Source: Amoeboaphelidium occidentale (lineage: Eukaryota). From it: a DNA stretch of 20,000 bases. Below the pieces are notes generated by a model. That model was not told the origin of the DNA. It ran no database searches and saw only the letters and a program-made list of their open reading frames with translations. A program made the translations under genes and the position numbers. Of the stretch, positions 1 to 10,100 are shown piece after piece; positions within the stretch are counted from its first letter, which is position 1, and every line of letters begins with the position of its first letter. The stretch spans positions 60,867-80,866 of the forward strand of contig JALGPX010000040.1 of assembly GCA_023515795.1 (NCBI GenBank). Reading direction: 5' to 3'.

Positions 1-1762
1 CGTTTGTTGGCGATAAAAGACGATTCTGATGTCCTTGTTCTTACATTTGGTGACTCTTGGAATCTACAGAAAAGCATTCCATCACCGTTTCCGTTGTTGT
101 GCATAGCGGCGTATGAAAGCTTCATTATAGCAGGATCAAAGTCGGGCCAATTACTTGCATGGGATCTGGAAAGCGAAACATTGGCATATAATCTCAGAGG
201 CCATAATGCTCAAATTAACTCTCTTGTCGTTGACAACCGATTGTTATACTCTGCATCAAACGATAAAGCTATAATTCAGTGGTCACTTGAAACATTTACT
301 ACCATGAAGGTGCTCCAGAGGTACTCTGCACGCGAACTCGGTCATTTGGGTCCTGTTAATTCACTAAGTCTTTGCAAGAATTTTCTGTTTTCTGGTGGTG
401 CTGACTTGACAATTCGACGATGGAACACTATCTCTGGCAAGCATGAAGATGTTTACTTTGGACCTTCTAAAAGTGTTACTGCTGTTCTCTGCTATAATGA
501 CTCTATATTTGCTGGTAGCGAGGATTTCTCAGTACTGATGTACAAACCAGAATTTATGGACGGCCCCTTAACAACTTCAATAAGTGTAACAACTCGAGGG
601 TCTGGAACTAGAAGAGGGAAGATTGTTTTCAAAGCGAAAAGTACTGATCTTGCTTCCCCACAAAGAATGGAATGGATGATTGTTGTATTTGCAATCTTAG
701 GACTTGTCATTTTAATCTTATCATCGGTATTCTATCTCAAAATGTCCTCAAATCAAGCTCATAAAAACGCGAGGAAAAATAACACCGGATTAGACACAGA
801 AGTCACAATTACAAATTTACAGACTGTTGTCAATACTGTTATGGGAATTTCAAGACATGCTGCCTACTTGATTGAAACTTCTGCAATTGCATCAACAAAG
901 AAGATTGCTGTTGGAGGAGGCGGAGAATTGTATCTCGCAACTGTTATGGACCCTACTTTACGAAACAAGATTGGAAAAACAGTTATTCAGAAAATTGTAT
1001 TCGTGAATAATGAAGCAGCCAAATATGCTTTTTACCAAGAAGTTGGTATCATGATCATGTTATTACCATTTCCGAACTTTTGTCGTATACTCGCGTATAC
1101 CGAGAAACCTTGTTCGATTTTACTGGAATATTATGCTGATGGTTCTCTAAGCGAGTGGCTAAGAACCAGAAAATGCACACGAGCAATCGCATTGAAAGTT
1201 TTAAAGGAGATATCACAAGGACTGAACGTGATGCACTCACATTACTTGGCACATTGTGATTTGAAATCTCAGAACGTTTTAGTTAAAGTTTTGAATGGGA
1301 TTCCAACCTGTTTCATCACAGACTTTGGTATTACTCAAATTCTTTCGGAAGCTATCATTGCTGCAAAAGCTTTCCACATCATCAACTTGAGAGGGCTTTC
1401 AGTACATTATGCCTCACCTGAAGCTTTCAAGAGTTTTAGAACCAAGAATTACAGCAAGACAAATTTCAAGATGTTTGATGTTTACTCATTTGGGTNACGT
1501 TTTAGTTAAAGTTTTGAATGGGATTCCAACCTGTTTCATCACAGACTTTGGTATTACTCAAATTCTTTCGGAATCTATCATTGCTGCGAAGAGTTTTCAC
1601 ATAATGAACCTGAGAGGACTTTCAGTACATTATGCCTCACCAGAAGCTTTCAAGAGTTTTAGAACCAAGAATTACAGCAAGACAAATTTCAAGATGTTTG
1701 ATGTTTACTCATTTGGGTGTTTGGCTTATGAAGTTCAAAGCAGTAAAACGCCATGGACCTGA
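1..1762 (+). CDS. WD40-ectodomain receptor-like Ser/Thr kinase, copy 1 (5'-partial; 3' end split by an assembly duplication, true CDS = 1-1495 + 1719-1762)
   Basis: Frame-1 ORF with WD40 blades (GHNAQINSL..LYSASNDKAIIQWS; GHLGPVNSL..FSGGADLTIRRWN), Ser/Thr stalk, TM helix at about 673-738 (WMIVVFAILGLVILILSSVFYL) followed by basic residues, then kinase motifs IAVGGGGEL, VIQK, FYQE, HCDLKSQN (HCD 1252-1260), DFG, YASPE, DVYSFG. Removing the duplicated 222 nt gives an intact end ...SFGCLAYEVQSSKTPWT*. Confidence 0.9.
1274..1718. repeat. 222-bp direct duplication around a single N (1274-1495 / 1497-1718); probable assembly bubble of two alleles or paralog variants
   Basis: The copies are identical over about 77 nt at each end, with about 11 substitutions clustered in 1351-1419, and are joined at N1496. 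Confidence 0.9.
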
Positions 1763-2259
1763 AAAGAGTTGTAAAGATGCTTAATTATATTTGAATAGAG
1801 TCCTTTGAGATAACATGATGCGTCAAGGGTTTAAGCGCTGTGAATGTTCATGTTCGCAGCTTTCTTTCTTCCGAATTTCCAAACAGGCTTTTCTGTATCA
1901 CTAGATCCGCGATTAGAGTAATGTCACAGCTAATATCCTCAGTATCAATCCTAAAGCCATTTTTTCGCTCCACAGTGGATGAAAACAGTGAGCGTGTGAC
2001 CGAAGCAAAAGAAGAATGCCGAAGAAGGCCAAAGCTGCAAGCAAGGCAATCTCATTAAGTATCATTGTTAAAAAATTGAAACAGATAAGTAAGTGATCGT
2101 GAATGAGACTATGATCGAGTCCCACGACTAGTTGATAATAGAAAACCTTTACTTTATTCATAAAGATCAGTCTTTACTCGAGGAATAGACTTTAAAATAG
2201 TTGGGAACTGTCGCCCGCTTAAATTTCAGCAAACTTGCTTGTCTTTTCAACAACCGTGG

Positions 2260-5200
2260 ATGAAACTTCAAGACATTCTCAAGTGCTTGGTCCCAGCTGT
2301 GATAAGCCTATTGATCACAACTTTAGAACATGAGAAGAGCTTCCTTTTACAAGATGGTGCTTCCATAGTCAACACAATCGCCTTTTACAAAGACTCATTA
2401 CTTTACACATCTTCCAATGATATTGTACAGAAAGATATTGAAACCGGTTTAATCCAGAGAACATTCAGAGCTCACACCGGCACTATATACACTTTCATCG
2501 TTACTGATGATTTTAAAATGATCTCTTCGGCTTGGGACGATATGATCATAGTTTGGAGTTTGGAATCCGGCTCAGTCATGAAAAGGATTTGGCTCAAACC
2601 GCCCAACACTCAGCTTATGACTATATCATACCAGAGTGATCAGTTATATGTTGGTGGCTTGGATAAAAAGCTCAGACAAGTTGATCTTGTCACAGATAAA
2701 GTTGTGATCATGAAGAGTAACCAGATAACGGTCATTAATTGATTTTCGTAGGCTACGGCGTTGACATATCTGCTGTTCTAGCAGTTGATGACAACTTGTA
2801 TGTTGGCAAGACATATGACTCTACTCTTTTAGAAAAGATTTATATTCCTAACTCAAGCTTGATGTTGATATTTGAAGGGCATATCAGCTCGGTCGTGGTG
2901 CTCTATTACTCGAAATCAATGCTTTTCTCAGGATCTGTTGATAGAAATATTATCAGCTGGAATGCAGAAAATGGTGCGCTGATCAGAATGTTTCAGCGAC
3001 ATTCGGATTTCGTATTATCATTGGTGGTTAATAATGATGAACTTTACTCGACTGGGGCAGATAGACAAATTTTCCAATGGGATATAAACGATGGGATGAT
3101 TAAAAGGATTTTTCCAATTACTCACACTGGCGCTGTCCGTTGTATCGATCTGAGAAATGGAGAGCTATATTCAGGCTCACAGGACACGACAGTGATTAAA
3201 TGGAACATATCCACAAGTTTGCCCATTCGTAAGTACACAGGAAGACAAAAAGTCCTGAACTCCGTTGTTTTGTGGAAAAACTTTGCGATTAGCGGCGGAG
3301 ACGATAACAGCATCAGATTGTGGGATATATCGTTTGATAGCCTAGATCCATACGCTGTTTTGATTAATCATACTAGATCTGTCAACTGTCTGTATGTCTA
3401 TGAGGATACCATTTTCTCTGGGGCTTTCGACAACACAATCGTCCACTGGAATCTAAGCGACCTCTCATATCTAAAGGCACTAATGGGTAATAAGTTTTAT
3501 TTTGATTGCTAACATTAAGGACCCTCAAGTGCAGTTGCTGCTTTTGCTGCTGGGAATTCGTTCTTATACGCCGGTGGAATTGATACCATTATATGGAAAT
3601 GGGAAATCAAATCTGGTGCACTTATTGCCGAATTTATTCGTCATTCTGGTCGTATTGCTTCACTTCAGTTGGGCGAAGAGCTAATTTTTTCGTGTGCCTT
3701 TGATAATACCATCAAAATCTGGGATATTGAATCTACTCAAAACATTCGGACTCTGAACAGTAAGGTTTATAAGACTTTTGTTAAGTTTTAGCCGTCCAAA
3801 CAGTATTCGTTATTTTTCTGTATAAAGAATTTATAATATCTGGATTGGCCAATGGTTTAAGAATGTATTCTGTGCCAGGGGTTGATGTATTAGTTGATCT
3901 AAATGAGAATTCTATTTGTTACTGTATAGCTTCTTCTACACTTCGACTTTATAGCGGGCACGTTGAAAGCCTGATCAGAGGCAGAGACTTCGACACTCTC
4001 AACATTCTAGAAACATTTCAAGGACATCAAGATATTGTCTATTCCCTGTGTGTTGATGTCAATGGAGTGCTTTACTCAGCAAGTTTTGATGGCTCCATAA
4101 AGCGATGGGACACGGCCTCTCGCAAAATTGCGTTTTCTTTTGAGAACCGGAATGCCTCTGTAGTCTCACTGGCTGCGTCGGAAAATTTCCTGTTTGTTGG
4201 AACAAAAAGCGGAGTAGTGAATTTGTTCAAAATCGATACTGCTGTTGTTGTTCACTCCGCCTATTATCATCAAAAAGCTGTTACTTCTCTGATTGCGTAT
4301 AAAGATAGGTTTTACTCTTCTGGTTTAGATGGTTATGTTCTTGAATTTTCGTCAATTGAGGGTCATGACCCCATGATATTTTACAGCGATACACAAGCTC
4401 AAATAAGGAGTATTGCACGTACTATCACGAAAATTCTACTTATTAGAGATGATACTGAAATTATCATACTTCCACTTAACAAATCTTCTGGCATCACAAA
4501 AAAGATAACATCTTCTGGCCCTATTGCATCTATTGCTGCCACTGAAATGTTCGTTTTGGCTGGATCCAAGTCGGGTTTGATACTAGCTTGGAGCCTTGAA
4601 GATTTAAGGCCGGCGTTTGAGTTTAAAGGGCATACTGCGCAAGTTAATTTCCTTTTGGTTGACCAAGATAATCTTTATTCGGCTTCTAACGATAAAACAA
4701 TAATTCAATGGTCTTTGGAAACATTCAATTTCATAAGAACATTAAAGAGATTTTCATCAAGCGCCCTTGGTCATCTGGGTCCTATAAATTCACTTTCTAT
4801 ATGCAGAGGAGCTTTGTTCTCTGCGGGATCTGACATCACAACAAGGAGATGGAATACAGAAACAGGAAGGCACGAGGGCGTATATTTTGGTGCTTCAAAA
4901 TCCGTAACTTCAGTTACTTGTTATAACGGATCCGTGTTTTCTGGCAGTGATGACTTTTCAGTTCTAATGTATAAGCCAATTTTTTCGGAGGAACGATCAG
5001 TTGCCACAACTACCACAATCTCTGTTCTTAACCCAAGATCAAGAAAAGGGGCCAAAACAGTACTAAAAGAAAACTCCAAAGTATCTGAATCTTCCCAGCC
5101 TATTTTCCTGACTATAGGAATTGTTGCTGGAGTTGTAATTATAGTATTAATGGCAACCATTTTTTTGTCCATATACGGGAAGTCTAAAGACAAGACTCCT

Positions 5201-5977
5201 TCTAGCCCCACTACGGTCACTAATACAACGTATGGATTTTCTAATGCATCAGATTTGGAGACTGTTGTTAACTCTGTAATGGGTATTTCAAAGCACGCTG
5301 CATTTTTGATTGAAAGTTCATTGATTGCTCAAGAAAAGAGAATTGCTAAGGGAGGAGGAGGCGAGCTTTTCATTGCAAAAGTAATGAGCCCCGCGCTAAA
5401 GAAGAAGGCAGGCGAAACCGTTATCCAGAAAGTGGTTTTCATAAAGAACAAGGCGAATGAAGAAGCATTCTATCAGGAGGTTGGAATCATGATTATGCTG
5501 TCCACATATCCTCATTTCTGTCAAATCATTGGTTACACAGAGAATCCACTCTCAATGATACTGAAATATTACCCAGATGGTTCTTTGTCTGACTGGTTGC
5601 GCAAGAGCAGAATAAGCGAAACGGCAGCTGTGATTGTTTTGAGAGAAATCGCCGAGGCCTTAAATGTTATGCATACGCACTACTTGGCACACTGCGATAT
5701 CAAGCCTCAAAACGTTTTAATTGAAGAAGTTGATGGAGTGCCTTCATGCTTTTTGACTGACTTTGGTATCACTCAAGTTCTTTCCGACAAAATCGTTGCA
5801 TCCAGCATGTTTAACGTTATCAATTTAAGAGGCTTATCTGTTAGTTACGCTTCTCCTGAAGCTTTCAGAAATTTTAAAACGAAGAAATACGCAAGCGTTG
5901 ATTTCAAGAAGTATGATATCTTTTCTTTTGGTTGTGTGACTTTTGACATCGTCGAAAAGAAGACCCCATGGGCCTAA
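2260..5977 (+). CDS. WD40-ectodomain receptor-like Ser/Thr kinase, copy 2; exons 2260-2716, 2752-3486, 3520-3759, 3792-5977 (3618 nt, 1205 aa)
   Basis: ATG 2260 starts a signal-peptide-like MKLQDILKCLVPAVISLLITT followed by LEHEKSFLLQD (also found in copy 3). Three GT-AG introns join ORFs 2239, 2739, an unlisted 240-nt WD40 exon (GPSSAVAAF...DNTIKIWDIESTQNIRTLN) and 3845 in frame. TM at about 5102-5176; kinase motifs IAKGGGGEL, VIQK, HCDIKPQN (HCD 5690-5698), DFG, YASPE, DIFSFG; ends KTPWA*. Confidence 0.92.
2717..2751 (+). other. Spliceosomal intron, 35 nt, phase 1 (copy 2 intron 1)
   Basis: GTAACC...TTCGTAG; splicing restores the frame (K-S-Y-G-V-D); same position as copy 3 intron 1. Confidence 0.88.
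3487..3519 (+). other. Spliceosomal intron, 33 nt, phase 1 (copy 2 intron 2)
   Basis: GTAATA...GCTAAC (branch-like)...TTAAG; contains the in-frame TAA that ends ORF 2739; same position as copy 3 intron 2. Confidence 0.88.
3760..3791 (+). other. Spliceosomal intron, 32 nt, phase 1 (copy 2 intron 3)
   Basis: GTAAGG...TTTTAG; splicing joins into the frame of ORF 3845; same position as copy 3 intron 3. Confidence 0.88.
5426..5921 (+). repeat. 496-bp block identical to 10277-10772 (kinase core of copy 2)
   Basis: By-eye alignment at offset 4851 shows no mismatch from CAGAAAGTGG to GTATGATATCT, with mismatches immediately outside. Confidence 0.9.
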
Positions 5978-6029
5978 ATCAAGATTATTGATGGTTCATC
6001 GCAGTTAATTTTATTGAATAGATCCATGG

Positions 6030-6494
6030 ATGAAGGCTTCTTCAATGGTTATTTTGCTCCAACAACAAACGTATACAAAAGGGGCCTTTTTGCAATCCAG
6101 GCAACCGCTAATCGCAGGTTTTGTTCCGATGATCTCAGTAGATTTCGCTTATCAAACCTTTTACGCAGGATTCCTCGGTTACCTTTTGCTTTTAATAGCT
6201 CCAAAGTGGAGCTGAACGCCTTGTATGGTACAATTTAGCGTGTTTGTGCCAGCACTTTTGTATTTGTACGGATTCTATAGTCTTTTTCACGTCAAAGACG
6301 TTCCTTCAGATACTAGCTCATTGGAAAGATTCATACAGACCAAGAAAGTGAAGCCCATTGTGTTGACGGCTTGGATCCATTAATGGACTTCAGACTTTTT
6401 TGGCGCGCTTGGTTACTTTTTGTTCTTACTCGCAGCAGATGCAACGCATTTACAAAAACTAAAACCATCAGGTACTACTGGTTGTAAAATTTAA
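6030..6494 (+). pseudogene. Possible decayed multi-pass membrane protein gene fragment
   Basis: One frame reads as hydrophobic protein through two internal stops (TGA 6213, TAA 6381), with two similar segments (FYAGFLGYLLLLIA and FFGALGYFLFLLAA) plus VFVPALLYLYGFYSLF. No family recognised. Confidence 0.3.
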
Positions 6495-7105
6495 ACCTCC
6501 ACTACGTTGCTTCACGTTCGTTCCAACGGAAATTTATTAATACAAAATGATTAAAGATAATTGTGATTCTTTTTGAGAACAAGTGTTCCAAGGACAGATT
6601 GCAGAGGAGCAACTCAGTAAGAGTTCGCTCAAGATACTATACATTAAGACGATATGGGAAAAACCACATATAGATGAACGTAAGGATACTAATTAAAGCG
6701 ATAACACTTATATTAAATTGATTTGGCCCCATGTATCATGGCTTTAACGCTGTTTCATCTACTTTTCATAGCACACAAAATATCTCTGATCTCAATAGTT
6801 CCAGGGTATCTTGTGCAGCTCTCTACTGTCTTGGTTGTCAAAGAGCAGAACACGTATCAGATTTGATAGAACGATACTTGAACATTTGGGTTCCTGGTAA
6901 TGAGCTGGTGCCTTCAACTTCAAGAAGGAGGCGCTTCTAAATAAACCTTACTTGGTTGAGGTGCGAATCTCGGTTTCATATACTATCTCAAGTACTCCCA
7001 ATAGCTCACTATTGATCCCGGCACCAGCGATCAATTTTCTGTTCGTCTATTTTAGACTTTGACTACAACAACTCTTTCTTAACAATTATTGTCTCAGCCT
7101 CACTT

Positions 7106-10100
7106 ATGAATAGGAACATTATCAAATTATGTGCTTCTTTGCTGTTCGTACTGCTATATACACCGGTTACATCCCTGGAACATGAAAAGAGCTTCCTGTT
7201 ACAAGATAGTGCTGCATATGTTCTAGCTATAGATCTCTACAAGGAATCTTTGCTCATTTCTTCCTCCAATGATATTGTTCAGAAGGATATTGAAACAGGG
7301 GCAATACAAAGGACATTTAGAGCCCACACAAACCAGATCAGGTCTTTCGTTGTTACTAGCGATTCAAGGATGATAACATCGGCTTTGGATGATATGATCG
7401 TCGTTTGGGATTTGGAATCTGGTTCAGTGATCAAGAGGACCTGGCTTCAAGCATCGAACACTTTGGTTTACAGCATATCGTATCAGATTAATCAAGTATT
7501 TGCTGGCGGTCAAGATAGCGCAGTTAGACAAGTTGATTTGATTACGGGAAAATTGGTAAAGACTATATGTAAGTTGCTCTCGACGACTGCTTTACTTTTT
7601 AAGACTTCAATTCGATTATAACCGTCGTTTTGGCATATGGTGACGACTTGTATGTTGGAAAGAGTTCTGTTCCGGCTCAAGTAGAGAAAATTCACATCCC
7701 ATCGTCAAGGTTGCTCATAATTTACGAAGGCCACACAAACGCGATTTTTGCCCTTTGTTTATCTGGCAATTTGCTGTTCTCCGGTTCGGCTGACACTACT
7801 ATTATAAGCTGGAACTCAGCAAGTGGCGTCTTGATTAATAGGTTCATAGGACACACAAACTTCGTATCCGCACTAGTGGTCATTGGGAATGATATGTACT
7901 CTGCTGGCTCCGATAAAATAATAATTCAGTGGAGCATAGATTCCGCGGAAATTATTAAAGTATTCGCAATTCACCACTTGAACGAAATTACATGCCTTGC
8001 TCCAAGGGATAACGTACTTTTCTCGGGATCGGTAGATGCAACGGTTATAAAGTGGAATTATAACACAGGTTTGCCATTATTTGTGTACAGAGGTCGACAA
8101 ATTATTCTCAGAGTTGTCGCCATGTGGAAATCTTTTGTTATCAGTGGCGGAGATGACACCGAAATAACGTTATGGGATGTTTCCACTGAAAGTGTGGATC
8201 CTTATGCTGTTTTACAAACCCCGTATGGTTTTTGGTTGTGCTTATTAGTCTCTGAGAATACTCTTTTTTCAGGAGGGGACAGCAGATTTATCAGCCAATG
8301 GAATTTAACAGCTTTAGTTTTCCTCAAAGTACTTGATGGTAAATACATCGTTTTAATACTAATTAAAATATAGGTCATTCCAACACAGTGGCAGCTCTGG
8401 ATGCCGACAATCTGTTTCTATACTCTGGTGGGGCAGACCAAGTTGCGATAAAATGGAACATAACATCAGGGGCTTTAATAAGAGAATTTATTGGCCATTC
8501 CAACGTAATTATTTGTTTACGCTTGCAAGGAAATTTCGTTTTCTCTGGCTCACGTGACTCGACCCTCAGGATGTGGGAAACGGAATCTGCAAAAAATATT
8601 CGCATATTTTACAGTAAGACACTTTCTCAACTGTTTAACATTGCCTAGCTTCATCTATGGTGGAAGATGTCTTTGTGACCGGTGATGTCATTATAGCGGC
8701 TCTTGTAAGCGGCGTCGTAATGTTTGAAATATCGACTAGTGAATTACTTGTCGAACTTACGGAGGTCTCAGTATGTTATTGCTTAGCGGCTTCTAACTAT
8801 CGCCTGTTCACTGGGCACTCTGACGGTTCCATTAAATGGAGAGATTTTAACACCTTAAGTGTTTTGGAAACATACCGAGGCCATCAAGATGGTGTTAACT
8901 CTCTTTGTCTTGATGAAAATGACCTCCTGTACTCCGCATCCTTTGACGGATCCGTCAAGAAATGGGATATGGCTACGCGAAGAGTAGCCTTTTCTTTTGA
9001 AAATCGAAGCGCGTCTGTTTCTTCATTGACTGCCTTAAACGATTTGGTTTTCGTTGGAACAAGAAGCGGGGCTATTAATGTTTTTAATGTTCAGCAAGCT
9101 CTTTTCTTTGGGTCTTTCAACTATCACAAGAAGGCAGTGAATACCCTGATAGCTTTCGGCGATCGATTGTATTCCTCAGGAATGGATGGCCTTATTTTCG
9201 ATCTACCGACGAATTTTGATTTTGAGCCAGCCGCTGTTTTTAATTCTACCGCTATGCCTATATTGAGTCTTCTGATAAGTCCTTATGGGCTGCTGTTTAT
9301 TCGAGATCAAACAGAGATTGTGATGCTTCATCAAAATAACACCGAGAATGGAATTATATCTATTTTTTCGACAACACCTATTACGTGCCTCGCTTCTGTC
9401 GGATCCCATATACTTGCAGGCTCCAAATCGGGAATGGTTTTGGCTTGGAATGTTGGAAGTGGAAAACTTGCCTTTGAGTTGAAAGGACACACCTCTCAAG
9501 TTAATCTTCTTCTAGTCGAAAATGGCATTTTATTTTCTGCCTCGGATGATTCAACGATTGTGCAATGGTGTATGGAAGATAAATCCTTATTAAGAGTATT
9601 TAAAAGGACCTCGTCTAGAGCACTTGGTCATCTGGGTCCTGTTAATTCATTGTCGATTTGTAACGATGTGTTATTCTCTGGTGGATCTGACACAACCGTC
9701 AGGCGTTGGAACACTCAGACAGGAAAACATGAAGATGTTTACTTTGGGTTTTCAAAACAAGTTTCTAATGTTTTATGCTACAATCGAACAGTTTATGCCG
9801 GCAGTGATGATTTTTCAGTTCTGGCATTTAAACCACAGTTACCGGAGGGATTAATGGTCCCAACCACAACAAAATCTATGTTTAGTACTTTAGCTAAAAT
9901 GAGGGCTAAAATTGCACAACCAGCAGCCTCCCATACATCAGGCGACACACAACCTCTTATAGTTGTTGTTCTGACTGTTATTTTGGCATTAATTACTGTT
10001 ACGTCACTTTGTGCGATTTTTGCTTATAAACGGACCAAAATTAAAACTCATTTCAGCCCAGTTGCCATCAGCACAACACAAGAAACGACATCAACATTCA

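Noticed and set aside
1409..1762. Separate 117-aa ORF or frameshifted pseudogene for copy 1
   Set aside because: Produced by the 222-bp duplication at N1496; collapsing it restores an intact gene end.
1840..2161. Short overlapping ORFs on both strands, one hydrophobic (1913-2161, minus)
   Set aside because: No recognisable motif, no paralog in the window and no convincing splice structure.
3502..3684. 60-aa ORF in the track
   Set aside because: Wrong frame; the real exon 3520-3759 encodes two WD40 blades in another frame.
6731..6940. 69-aa ORF upstream of copy 3
   Set aside because: No motif or homology evidence; compatible with chance.
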